IMG/VR virus record: IMGVR_UViG_3300021197_001353
Source of the DNA: an uncultured virus (IMG/VR IMGVR_UViG_3300021197_001353)
Taxonomy: Duplodnaviria > Heunggongvirae > Uroviricota > Caudoviricetes
Direction: 5' to 3' (one strand)
DNA: 64,000 nucleotides
Under the pieces are notes generated by a model that saw nothing but the letters and a program-made list of their open reading frames with translations, was not told the origin of the DNA and ran no database searches. Position 1 is the stretch's first letter; every line of letters starts with the position of its first letter. Position numbers and translations under genes: made by a program. This document shows positions 37,407 to 47,878 of the stretch, piece by piece.

Positions 37407-37889
37407 ATGCACACGATAAAGGACATACATAAAGATTACCTGCGGAAAGTTGAAGACCCCATAGAGACTCGCATATTTAAACAGCTCTGTGAGGAGTTCA
37501 ACATGCAGGTAATTGACATTGTCCTTAGTGGCAAGGAGTTCAGTATGGGCAATAATCTGTCCACTCTGTCTATCCGACGCATCGAACGCAACCCCAGCAA
37601 GCCTACAATAGACTGGTGGGAAAGCAACAAGTACAAACAAGAGCTACTTGCTGAAAACAAAAAGCTCTACGACGCAGAATCAGGTGAAGGTGAAAAGTGG
37701 TTTATCTACTACACCGACCCCTGGTACTGTAAATACCACTGGCAAAAGTCTAGGTGCAAACTAGCTAATAAAACTGCCTACAGGTTTACCCCAACCCGAG
37801 GACTAAAGGGGAACAAGGAAAAGCTTACGGCTCTCCTGAAGAATGATGATCTAGCATACCTCAGATTCAAGAAACATGGCAACATATAA
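37407..37889 (+). CDS. crAss-like IHF/HU-related protein
   Basis: FSMGNNLSTLSI, IDWWES, YRFTPTR; located before the ring and muzzle genes. Confidence 0.6.
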   Translation: MHTIKDIHKDYLRKVEDPIETRIFKQLCEEFNMQVIDIVLSGKEFSMGNNLSTLSIRRIERNPSKPTIDWWESNKYKQELLAENKKLYDAESGEGEKWFIYYTDPWYCKYHWQKSRCKLANKTAYRFTPTRGLKGNKEKLTALLKNDDLAYLRFKKHGNI

Positions 37890-38865
37890 TACAACATCTA
37901 CACAGCATATCATTCGTAAGGTCATGCGGGACATCAAACCGGATGACGCTAACTGGACGTACGATGCTGTAGAGTGGGTAGGAGAAGCATTGGAGCATAT
38001 AGGTGCCGGTGCGCATGTAGAAACTAGAGGCTGCGTTATCGATGTTAAAGACTTTAAGGCATCACTGCCTGCTGACGTATACTATGTCAATCAAGTTTCA
38101 ATTAACGAAGTAATAGGAGCTAACACCTCAGCATTGGATACCCAATTGGAACAAGCTGTTACTAGTATAAAGAGCGATCTTAATGCTATTGACTTCATAA
38201 ATACCAGTCTTAGAAATACCATCGATATTGATCCTGTAACTGGGCAAAATGCTGTCTACATAAGTGAAGGTGCAGCAGACCTATTGAGTAGCGTGGGTAA
38301 AGGGCTAGACGGGTCAGTTCAACGAGCATTAATACGACTGGAAGTGTACGCAAGAGATTACTACACTAGAGATCAACAAACTGTATTGGCGTACTGTACA
38401 ACAAACTTTCCAGACGCACTTCACTGCGAGGGGTGTGTAAACAAAGAAGCCCAATCCAAAGAATGTTACTACATAGAGAATGGTAGAATAAAAACATCTT
38501 TTAAGGAGGGAAAAGTTTGTTTGACCTACACAGCATTTGCAACTGATACTGACTGTTACCCTCTGATACCGGATGACATTAGCTACAAAGAGGCTGCATT
38601 CTGGTACATATACAAAAAGCTTTTGCTTGCTGGGCTGCATGACCCAAGCAACAACGGCATAGACTACAACTTCGCAGATCAGAAGTGGAAGTACTACTGC
38701 ACTCAAGCACGCAATGATGCTAAGTTCCCAGACATCGCAAAGTACGAGTCATTCATGAACCAATGGGTTCGTTTAGTTCCCAGAATCAATCTCTTTGATG
38801 AAGGCTTTGAAAGCCTAGGAGACAGAGAAAACTTGTACAGAGGTAATTACACTACTAGCTCATGA
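37876..38865 (+). CDS. Tail ring / tubular protein (P22 gp4-like position)
   Basis: EWVGEALEHIG, IKTSFKEGKVCLTY, YPLIPDD, WKYYCTQA. Confidence 0.8.
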   Translation: MATYNTTSTQHIIRKVMRDIKPDDANWTYDAVEWVGEALEHIGAGAHVETRGCVIDVKDFKASLPADVYYVNQVSINEVIGANTSALDTQLEQAVTSIKSDLNAIDFINTSLRNTIDIDPVTGQNAVYISEGAADLLSSVGKGLDGSVQRALIRLEVYARDYYTRDQQTVLAYCTTNFPDALHCEGCVNKEAQSKECYYIENGRIKTSFKEGKVCLTYTAFATDTDCYPLIPDDISYKEAAFWYIYKKLLLAGLHDPSNNGIDYNFADQKWKYYCTQARNDAKFPDIAKYESFMNQWVRLVPRINLFDEGFESLGDRENLYRGNYTTSS

Positions 38866-41800
38866 AGAAGTTTGTCGGAGGCATGAATAAAGATACGTCC
38901 AAGGCTGACCAGCCTAATGGAACGTATCGTGATGCATTGAATGCGGTCGTCAGTCTAGAGACTGGAACTGTAAATAACGAGTATGGAACAAACTCAGCAA
39001 CAGGCGCCAACATAGACGTATGCGGTGCAATACCAATTACAGAAGAAAGGGTAATATTTCTAGGTCTGGATTTAGATGGAGTGTCTACTATAGCAATGTC
39101 TAATCCTAGCAAAGGGGAAAGCACTGTACTGTACAAAGACTCCAATTTGAATTTTAAGCTGTCTCACCCAATAGCCGGTGAGTACAGACAGGATGCAAAA
39201 AATGACATCATTATATACTTCACAGATAACTACTTCGAGTTTGATGAAGATATCAATGAGGCAACGTATGTGTCGAATTACAACCCACCTAGAACATTCA
39301 ACGTAACTCGACAGCTGCAGGCTTTTGCAAACTTAGGTGTTGACACGAGTAGACTTTATGGAGAAAGTAATTACAACGTAGACAAGCTGACCTTGTTTCC
39401 TGACGTAGGTGCACACAGCAGAATAAAAAATGCATACGTAAGAGAAGGGGGTGCAGTAGTAGCAGCTACTTACCACTTAGCATTGGCCTATGCAGACGAG
39501 GATTTTGTAGAGACGAACTACTTTGTAGTGTCCAACCCTCTCTACGTAGTACCAGAGCCAGACAATACACTTCCCGCTGACATCGTAATTGGTGCGCAGA
39601 AGGGTACAGTGACTACAAAGTCGCTACACTGGGAGCTTTACGTGCCGCGTAACGTAAACTACAAATATGTCCAGCCTGCTGTCATACAGAGGATAGGAGA
39701 TGCTGAGAACGTTTACAGAATGAACCGTGTAGAAATACAGTTTAGCGGTAACGAAGATTTGGGACAGTTAAGTAATGTAGATGGGCAGGATATAAGTGGT
39801 AGTCCCAGCATACCAACACAATCTTTTGATGTGCCCTCCGTACTGGTAGATGAAGGTGTATCGTCTGGAAGAACACCTGTTATAGAAAGGAACCAAGAAA
39901 ATCAGGATACGTACAGGGACCTCAGAACAGAAGCTGCGAGAACCCCAGCCGCACAGACTAGATTTGTAAATATAGTATTTACAGGCAGAGAGGATGTGTC
40001 TACGCTTTCTACACTAGATATTGTAGCAGACAGAATTAAGTACTTGACGGCAAAGACACTGACTCAGCTTAACGATCAGCTCTATCTGGGCAATCTTATC
40101 TCTAGGAAAGATATAGGATTCCAAAGGTACTGTACCAATATACGTGTCAAGCCTGTAGTCAAGGCAGTAGAAGGGTTTGATAGAAGATCTTTCGACATCA
40201 TCACATTGAACAAAGGTTATGGTACAATGACAATGCCGTACTGGCATGCAGTCAACCATCCTAGAGGTTTTGATGGAGTGGGACAATCTTATTACCAATC
40301 TGTAGGAGGCACAGACGGGGCTCCTCTAACCAACCTGCCTGCAGGATCTCCGACTGCAAACCACATGTACCCAGATTACATTAGCGCTATTGCTGATTAC
40401 CTGAGATACGACTCTACTGGGTCTAACATACTGCGCATAGGGTCAGCAAAAACTGGAGTGCAGTACTCCTTGGCAGACGCAACACGTCGTGGGTACAAGG
40501 ACAACAGATTTACATATCGTGGTAAGACGTTTAAGAGAGGCGATGTATATGCATTCTACATATCGTTTGTACTAAAAGACGGAACAGAGACATACGCATA
40601 CCACATACCAGGTAGGCCGCCACTTCCACTATTTTGGTCCAGCACTCACAAAGACGTGATGGGTCTAGAGGGATACACAGAAGATCAACGGTGGCAGTTC
40701 TTGCTTAAGAAAGATCTCGGCACTTGGTATACAGGCACTAGTTATCTGATGGAGAACGATAAGTTCACAACTATGTCAGGTATGCAGTGGTATTCTCACG
40801 GGTATTATCCTAACGAGATAGTAGACCAAAATAAAGACGCTAGGATACACCAATACCTAGACACTTCCTACACGGTAAACTCTTCCAATGTAGAGATTCC
40901 CAACTTCGATGATTACCGATACAACATGGGGTTTTGGGAGAACGAGAACGAGTACTACCCAACATCACCTGACTTTAGATTTACTGATGTAAATGCAACC
41001 AACGGCTCAGCATTGGACCAGATACTTGTGCCCTCGGGGCCTGGGGAATACGACCATCTGTTCTACACTCTACAAAGACGTCGTGTGCGGCACCACAAAA
41101 TGCCGTCTAACTACAGCAGAGACTTCTCTTACATACAGTACTCAAGTGCGTCTGTAGCCGGTTCTGAACCAAGCACAGGAACAGCAAACAACGCGGTTGG
41201 AAGCTTGTCCTTCGACAGAAACTATGGAGCTTTGTTCTTTGAGAACACAGCAAATCTGGAGAAGCGAGGTTTCATGGCAGGATACGAAGGGCCAGAGGGC
41301 CCAAATACAATAGATGACTTCGATCCTAAAACGCTTGTGGGTGCTCCTTGGATAGCAAGTCACAGAGACTCTACTACCTCTGGGTATGGGTACACAAAGA
41401 AGAGATTGATCTCCAACGAGACAGCAAGAATACTAGGGGTTCAGTTTGAGAATATTAAGATACCTAGGCACATACTGAAAGAGGTGCAGGGGTATAAGAT
41501 ATACTACGCCAAACGTACTAACTCAGACAAGATCGTGGCTGGGCAAAGTTTGGCCATACCATGCATGCCCAGGTTTGCTTCTTCCCCCAATCAAAATAGA
41601 TTGTTGGCACGCAAGGGTCCTTACTTCAACGCTTTCTATGCGTATGGAGGTTTGCGCAACGATATGGAAACAGCAATGGCTGTAGCAGCAGACTGGAGAG
41701 GTTCGTACCACACAGACAATGAACCGAACCCGGAGGATCCAACAATACTAAGAGCACCCGAAGTATTGGGAAACACTACTCCTGTAGATACAATGTTTCG

Positions 41801-44800
41801 ATACTACGGAAACCCAGTATTTACGTTCCATGACTTTGGTATGCTTCGTAAGCGCCCATCCCTCAACACCGTCACCCACGTACAGTGTCAAGCTGCCATT
41901 GGGTTTAGGCACTATCAAGGAGGCCCAGGTGTATTTGGTAATAGAAAAGAAGATCAGGAGCTTAAGGATGATGGATCATCTTATACACTCCTTACAACGT
42001 TCCCTTCGCTGGGTTGGATATCGCAAGGCCTGGGTAACATAGTAGACTACAATGTAGACGGTGAGATATACGACGTTACAGATACATTCATTGACGCAGA
42101 TGAGGACGTTAACAACCCATACGGCAATGACAACCCACCAGCGAACGATGAAGATAAGCCTGGAGGGTTCTTTAAAAGATCGTTTAGACGTCTGAGAGGT
42201 AAAGAAAAGGACATTGATGATGTTGAGGATTACAGCGACGTTAGTGAACTTCGTGCACGTAGGTATAGAATACGTCAATATAGGGGTGGGGCATACATAG
42301 CGTGTGCGCATTACTACCCAGAAGACATCTACAAGCACCCGGAGATAATTGTAGGAGGTGATCACAGAAAGGACAGTGAGAATGATTGGGCTAATACTGG
42401 ATACACTGATGGCTATGGATTTGATTTTTCCAACACACATGCTAGACCAGCCAACAATCAGTTCCTGTTTGCAACAGACCCCGGCAGTAAAACATATCTA
42501 CCTGGACTTAAAAATCTAAGGACACCTGAATCAAGCTCCTTCAAAGGTGCTCAGTACATATTCAATAGAGGCGGTGAAACTTCTATTGTAATGGGACTAG
42601 TGTCAGGATTACCTCACCTAAAAGGAATTGTACCATTCAGAGCAAACGCTGGAGAGTACGAACCATTCTATACAGGTGCGGCAGATGGAGGTATAACGGG
42701 ACCATACAACATCGCTGCATGGGGTGACGAAGACAAGTTCTTGTTCCCAGACGCATTTGTATCAGGCACAGATCCTAAGAGGGACTTCCCGATACCAGAC
42801 TATTTTGCGCAAAACCCTGCTGTATCCGATGACCTAAATGGTCCCGGATCGCAATATAAAGGACTGAACTACACGTTGTCTGGAGCGGACTCTAAGTTTG
42901 GCTTCCCAATGGCATGGCTAATCAATGTATGTGCTGCTAAGACAGATGTGTACAACCCATTTGACAAACAGCCTCTGGTATGGACAGGATTCTATCATTC
43001 TATCACTGAAGAGTTTGAGGACTTCGAACAAGCAGCGGGGTTGGATGAAGGTACAATTGCTGCAGAGCTTTTAAAAGAGACACCAACAACAGCTTATCCG
43101 CACGTACTCTTTGACATAGACGTAGCAGCTCCGTACATGAAGTATTTTGAAGGCGCTTCCTCTGACGAAGTGTTCGGTGGTGACACATACATTAGCAGAT
43201 ACTCATTTAGAACTACCTCTCACAGTTACGGACACTCTTGGTTTAGAGCTTCTGTTGATCTAGGAGATGCTGGTCCTGATGGTCAGAACAGCAATGAAGA
43301 GTATGAGGTTATTGCACATCCAGGTGCTGTAGGCAACAGTAAAAATACCAGCCAAAAAGACGTACCAGACTTCCTGTCCCTAAACGACTTTGGGACTGCT
43401 TGGGGTACTACGTCAGGAATGCTTGTATGGAAGGGCACAAACAATGCTTCCGATATAGGCACCAACATTGACCTAACAGACGGGCTGAATGGAAATGAAT
43501 CCCAGAAGATAGAGGACTTCGTAGCGAATACACTGATGAACGCTCAGAACTGGCAGCAGGGCAAGTCTGACCCGATGACTGCAATGTTCAGCTTTATGAT
43601 AGAGTCTGATGACAACATCGGATTGAGACATGCTCGTGACACAGAGAAAGGAGTAGGCACTAAGTTTTTTGACTTCAATACAGCTGCCGAAGTCTTGTTC
43701 TCTCCGCCCACACAGGACTTCACCAAGCAGGATAATCTGTTGTATGAAGATCACCTGAGCTATTTGCAGGACAAAAAGGTAACAGTACCCTTCCCAAAGG
43801 AGCGTGCGGGTGTAGAAGAGAATGACTCTTTTGCAACTAGAATTATAAGATCTAAGACAGCAACAGGTTCATTGTCAGATAGATACAGAGAATTCCTCGC
43901 CAACGACTATGCCGATATACCAAAGAACCGAGGCGAAGTAACAAACCTGTTTACCATAGGAGACACTTTGTATATACACGCAGAGAAAGCTATCTTCCAA
44001 ACAAAGGGTAATGAACAGCTGGAGCTTGGTAGCGTCAAAGCATTCATAGGCAGCGGTGATATATTTGCAATTGCACCAACAGAGCTGCAGAACTCAGAGA
44101 TAGGGTACGGAGGCACTACATCGTTCTTGTCATCGTTGACTACACAGTTCGGTCACTTCTACGTAGCGCGGAGGAATCGCAAGGTGCACATGCTTACCCA
44201 AGGCATAGAAGAGGTCATGACGGGCATGGAGCATTGGTTCAGAGATAACATCCCATTTGCCATAGAATCGTACGGTATCAATGTAGATGCAGAAGACTTT
44301 GCTTACAACCCTGATTCGCCGCTAGACATCAACAACCCAATGGGATTCCATGTGGGGTACGATGCTAAGTTCAAGCGCATCGTCTTAACAAAACGAGACT
44401 TAAAGCCTACACAGGCGCTTATAGATGGGATAGCTGACGGATCAATAGAGGTAAAAAACAACTCGTTCGTTACCACAGAAGATACAGGTACCAAATCAGC
44501 AGCAAGAATAGAAAAACTAAACAGTCTCGTTGAAAACACAACTAAGCACAGCCCTCTAGGACCTGGAGATAGAGCTAGGGAAGTAGCTAACAACCCCGAC
44601 GATGGTTCCAACAAAGGCAAAGTAACAGATGACATTATAGGCTTGGGCAATGAAACTTACTTTGAACGTGTGGGGTGGACCCTGTCTTACCTGCCAGAGC
44701 TCAAGATGTGGATCAGCAGGCACAGCTACACCCCAAACCTATATATAAATGGTGAGTACGACTTATACTCTGTAGAGGGCAAAGGATTCTTCAAGCATGA

Positions 44801-45374
44801 TAATGAGAGCAAGCCCGGTGACTTCTACAATGTTAAGTACAACTTTGAGTTGGAGTACATAGACAACGCAGAGCCTGGATCAAACAAACTGTACAGCAAT
44901 GTATACTACTGGGCTGATGCTAAGAAAAGAGATGATGTCAACGTTACGGAGTTCAAACGACAGACGTTCCCAATCTTTGATAGGTTCTACGTATACAACG
45001 TAGATCAGATATCAGGAGAGTACACAGATATTTCGTATCTTAACAACTGCAGATTAGTTGACAAGATATGGTATATCAACTCGTTCAGGGACCTGTCTTC
45101 TACAGTAACTAATACCAACAGTTACATAAATACAGGGAAGCCAAACGTTGTAGGTAACTTGACTACGTCTATACAATCCACTAAGGAGGATACACCCATG
45201 TTCACCGAAGAGGGTATACCTAATCCTGATTATATAACTGCAGATAAACAATGGTTCTTGCAAAAGAAGTTCTCTGGTCACTATCTAGGGGTCAGACTTA
45301 TAAGCAACAACCAGAGTGAAAACCTGATACACTTGTACGCTGCAGGTACAAAGTATCGCAGATCTTTTAGATAA
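38862..45374 (+). CDS. Muzzle / tail stabilisation protein
   Basis: MKKFVGGMNKD start; IYFTDN, LYLGNL, FKRGDVYAFYI, FGGDTYISRY, WTLSY, W.S.HSYTP; 2170 aa. Confidence 0.85.
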   Translation: MKKFVGGMNKDTSKADQPNGTYRDALNAVVSLETGTVNNEYGTNSATGANIDVCGAIPITEERVIFLGLDLDGVSTIAMSNPSKGESTVLYKDSNLNFKLSHPIAGEYRQDAKNDIIIYFTDNYFEFDEDINEATYVSNYNPPRTFNVTRQLQAFANLGVDTSRLYGESNYNVDKLTLFPDVGAHSRIKNAYVREGGAVVAATYHLALAYADEDFVETNYFVVSNPLYVVPEPDNTLPADIVIGAQKGTVTTKSLHWELYVPRNVNYKYVQPAVIQRIGDAENVYRMNRVEIQFSGNEDLGQLSNVDGQDISGSPSIPTQSFDVPSVLVDEGVSSGRTPVIERNQENQDTYRDLRTEAARTPAAQTRFVNIVFTGREDVSTLSTLDIVADRIKYLTAKTLTQLNDQLYLGNLISRKDIGFQRYCTNIRVKPVVKAVEGFDRRSFDIITLNKGYGTMTMPYWHAVNHPRGFDGVGQSYYQSVGGTDGAPLTNLPAGSPTANHMYPDYISAIADYLRYDSTGSNILRIGSAKTGVQYSLADATRRGYKDNRFTYRGKTFKRGDVYAFYISFVLKDGTETYAYHIPGRPPLPLFWSSTHKDVMGLEGYTEDQRWQFLLKKDLGTWYTGTSYLMENDKFTTMSGMQWYSHGYYPNEIVDQNKDARIHQYLDTSYTVNSSNVEIPNFDDYRYNMGFWENENEYYPTSPDFRFTDVNATNGSALDQILVPSGPGEYDHLFYTLQRRRVRHHKMPSNYSRDFSYIQYSSASVAGSEPSTGTANNAVGSLSFDRNYGALFFENTANLEKRGFMAGYEGPEGPNTIDDFDPKTLVGAPWIASHRDSTTSGYGYTKKRLISNETARILGVQFENIKIPRHILKEVQGYKIYYAKRTNSDKIVAGQSLAIPCMPRFASSPNQNRLLARKGPYFNAFYAYGGLRNDMETAMAVAADWRGSYHTDNEPNPEDPTILRAPEVLGNTTPVDTMFRYYGNPVFTFHDFGMLRKRPSLNTVTHVQCQAAIGFRHYQGGPGVFGNRKEDQELKDDGSSYTLLTTFPSLGWISQGLGNIVDYNVDGEIYDVTDTFIDADEDVNNPYGNDNPPANDEDKPGGFFKRSFRRLRGKEKDIDDVEDYSDVSELRARRYRIRQYRGGAYIACAHYYPEDIYKHPEIIVGGDHRKDSENDWANTGYTDGYGFDFSNTHARPANNQFLFATDPGSKTYLPGLKNLRTPESSSFKGAQYIFNRGGETSIVMGLVSGLPHLKGIVPFRANAGEYEPFYTGAADGGITGPYNIAAWGDEDKFLFPDAFVSGTDPKRDFPIPDYFAQNPAVSDDLNGPGSQYKGLNYTLSGADSKFGFPMAWLINVCAAKTDVYNPFDKQPLVWTGFYHSITEEFEDFEQAAGLDEGTIAAELLKETPTTAYPHVLFDIDVAAPYMKYFEGASSDEVFGGDTYISRYSFRTTSHSYGHSWFRASVDLGDAGPDGQNSNEEYEVIAHPGAVGNSKNTSQKDVPDFLSLNDFGTAWGTTSGMLVWKGTNNASDIGTNIDLTDGLNGNESQKIEDFVANTLMNAQNWQQGKSDPMTAMFSFMIESDDNIGLRHARDTEKGVGTKFFDFNTAAEVLFSPPTQDFTKQDNLLYEDHLSYLQDKKVTVPFPKERAGVEENDSFATRIIRSKTATGSLSDRYREFLANDYADIPKNRGEVTNLFTIGDTLYIHAEKAIFQTKGNEQLELGSVKAFIGSGDIFAIAPTELQNSEIGYGGTTSFLSSLTTQFGHFYVARRNRKVHMLTQGIEEVMTGMEHWFRDNIPFAIESYGINVDAEDFAYNPDSPLDINNPMGFHVGYDAKFKRIVLTKRDLKPTQALIDGIADGSIEVKNNSFVTTEDTGTKSAARIEKLNSLVENTTKHSPLGPGDRAREVANNPDDGSNKGKVTDDIIGLGNETYFERVGWTLSYLPELKMWISRHSYTPNLYINGEYDLYSVEGKGFFKHDNESKPGDFYNVKYNFELEYIDNAEPGSNKLYSNVYYWADAKKRDDVNVTEFKRQTFPIFDRFYVYNVDQISGEYTDISYLNNCRLVDKIWYINSFRDLSSTVTNTNSYINTGKPNVVGNLTTSIQSTKEDTPMFTEEGIPNPDYITADKQWFLQKKFSGHYLGVRLISNNQSENLIHLYAAGTKYRRSFR

Positions 45375-47878
45375 TGAGTAATTGGATACGAAAGGCAAAG
45401 AACGAAATGGAAAAGAAAGGCACTACCGGTGCTTTCACTAGCTGGTGCAGTGACCGTGGGTACGGCAGTGTGACGGACAAGTGCATACAAGAAGGCCTTG
45501 ACTCCAAGAACATCACCACTCGTAAACGAGCACAGTTTGCAAAGAACGTGCAGAAGAAAGAAGCAGGTGGTGCCGTGCTACAATCTATACTATCCAATGC
45601 AGGTGCTAAAGAGGGGCAGGGCATGAAGTCATTGCTAGAGGATAAGTTTATGGACATGCGAGGACAGATGGGTGGTGGTCAGATCAAAGACGCACTCAAA
45701 GACGGGATAAAAGGATTGAAGCCTAGCATGGGTACTATTGTAAATTTAGGTGCACAGGCTTTGGCTAAGAGAGCTGAGAACAAGGCAGGGGCTGTATCCA
45801 TGGCTGACCCATACCGCAACAATGTAATGGAGCGTAAAGCCTCAAAGAGGAGAGGTTTTGGTACAGGATTTAAAGCAGCGTCAGATAGTCAAGTTGGTCA
45901 AGCACTTGGTAAAGTACCAGTGTTTGGTAAGGTGCTTCAAGCTGGTGCTGGTCTTGTAGGTGGTCTTTTGGGTGGTAAGAAAGCTGAAAAGCAGCAGGAG
46001 GCAGACCGTAAAGAATCAGTAAAGCAGCTACGAACTACGCAGCAAGCTCAGCTTGCACAACAGGCTTCTCAAGCTTCGCAGTTTGACTCTTCTGGTGAGA
46101 CTGGATATGCAGACGTAGGTGCTAGCATAACAAATTCATACCTAGCTCAGAGAAGAAGAGGCGGCAAGTATCAAGAGGGCGGGGTGTACCAAGGCAAGAA
46201 ACTTCCAGGTGGTAAGACTGAACCACTACCCGGAGGGGCACTAGAATTTGTTGGAAAAAAGCACAGTCAGGGTGGTATCATGCTCGATGCTCAGACGGAA
46301 GTCGAGGGTGGGGAAACAATGGATAAAGTACAAATGAAAAAAACAGGGGGCGCTATGCAAGACTATATATTCTCAGACCACCTCAAGCTTGGGGGTAAAA
46401 CCTTTGCTGCTAGACACAAGGAACTTGTGGAAGGTGGTGCTAGGCAGGAAAAAGTACAAGAGCTTGCTAAGATGCAAGAAAAGAAAGCAGGTAGAACTCC
46501 CAAGGTTATGCAATTTGGGGGCGCTACACAGTATCAACGTATGCAGGAAGGAGGCGTAAGCTCTGCTAGAGCGCAGAATGCAGATGAAAATCTAGACGCT
46601 GAAAATGCATCAGGTATGGATGCTGGTGAAATAATGGTAGGCGATCAGGCTTGGAGCGATACCAACAGACAAGCAGAATCTACGGACGGTCTCTACGGGG
46701 GGCAGAGCCAAGAAGATGTGTCTAGGAATCTGGAGAGAAATGAGTGGTTTGATACAAAAGACCAAAGGTTTGGCCCCGGTGGATTTGATGCAACAAACGA
46801 GGAACATGTAACAATATTCCAAAAAGAATACAATAAGCGGGCCGGCAGCGCAAATAAGACAGAGATCAAGGTAGATGGTAAGTGGGGTAAACAAACAACT
46901 ACAGCAACCATACCAAGTGCAGTGCCTGAGCTGGACCCGAAAGGGGTAACTAAGGAGAATCAAGAAGTAGAGAAAGAGCTTATTGTCCCACCTACACAGG
47001 AAGGAGAAGATAAAGTTGTAGAAGAAACAGGTGGTAACCCACCGGTCAAGACTAACAATGTACCTACACTAGGGTACCTAGGCGGTGGTCTTCAACTCGT
47101 TCCTCCTATGTACGCATTGAAGAACCCACCTGCATACATATCAGGTCCCGGTGCTGCATCAGTGCAGTCTCCTGATATGCCTAGGGTAAACTACAACGCA
47201 GAACGCTCAGCCAATGCCAATGACTTCAGAGGTGTGGTGAATGCAATACAGAGCAATGCGGGTGGTCCTGCTGGCATGGTAAACATGCTTGCAGCATTGG
47301 ATAAGAAGCAGTCAGCTGACAGGCAGATAGCAACTGCAGAAAGCAGAGCCAACAAAGAGCTAGCTGGTGAAGAGAAGCGTATGAAGTTTGCGGCAAGCAA
47401 AGCCAACGCTTCCCTAGGTTTGGAGGCCAGCATGTTTGCATCTAAGATTGCACGTGAGCAGATAAGGGACAGACGTGAAGAGAAGCTCGGAGCTCTTGAT
47501 TCCCTAAGTGAGCGACTTGCAGGTATGGGTAGAGACCGCATGAACTATCAAGCTACTGAGAGACTCGCAAGAGCTATCGGCAGAGACGGTGTTTATGACA
47601 GAGAAAGATTGTACGAGTACTACCTCGGCCAGGGTATGGATGAGACAACAGCATTGGAGCTTGCAGCAAAAGGGGCACAGCAAGAAGCAGAGGTAGAAGA
47701 AAGAAGTACAGGAGATGTCAGAAAGGAGATGCGGACGGAGGACAGAGCGTCTAGAAAAGCTACCAATCAAGCCACCAGAAGCGCTCGTAAACAAGGTCGT
47801 AAAGCGGTAAGAGATGCTAGAAAATCTAAAAGAGGTGGTATCTTTAGCAAACTTAACAAGTATAGAAGACGTAAGTAA
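45374..47878 (+). CDS. Virion cargo (ejection) protein 1
   Basis: GKKHSQGGI, EVEGGET, YIFSDHL core; Gly-rich amphipathic segments; VDGKWG peptidoglycan-binding-like motif; multiple xxxGG motifs. Confidence 0.75.
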   Translation: MSNWIRKAKNEMEKKGTTGAFTSWCSDRGYGSVTDKCIQEGLDSKNITTRKRAQFAKNVQKKEAGGAVLQSILSNAGAKEGQGMKSLLEDKFMDMRGQMGGGQIKDALKDGIKGLKPSMGTIVNLGAQALAKRAENKAGAVSMADPYRNNVMERKASKRRGFGTGFKAASDSQVGQALGKVPVFGKVLQAGAGLVGGLLGGKKAEKQQEADRKESVKQLRTTQQAQLAQQASQASQFDSSGETGYADVGASITNSYLAQRRRGGKYQEGGVYQGKKLPGGKTEPLPGGALEFVGKKHSQGGIMLDAQTEVEGGETMDKVQMKKTGGAMQDYIFSDHLKLGGKTFAARHKELVEGGARQEKVQELAKMQEKKAGRTPKVMQFGGATQYQRMQEGGVSSARAQNADENLDAENASGMDAGEIMVGDQAWSDTNRQAESTDGLYGGQSQEDVSRNLERNEWFDTKDQRFGPGGFDATNEEHVTIFQKEYNKRAGSANKTEIKVDGKWGKQTTTATIPSAVPELDPKGVTKENQEVEKELIVPPTQEGEDKVVEETGGNPPVKTNNVPTLGYLGGGLQLVPPMYALKNPPAYISGPGAASVQSPDMPRVNYNAERSANANDFRGVVNAIQSNAGGPAGMVNMLAALDKKQSADRQIATAESRANKELAGEEKRMKFAASKANASLGLEASMFASKIAREQIRDRREEKLGALDSLSERLAGMGRDRMNYQATERLARAIGRDGVYDRERLYEYYLGQGMDETTALELAAKGAQQEAEVEERSTGDVRKEMRTEDRASRKATNQATRSARKQGRKAVRDARKSKRGGIFSKLNKYRRRK

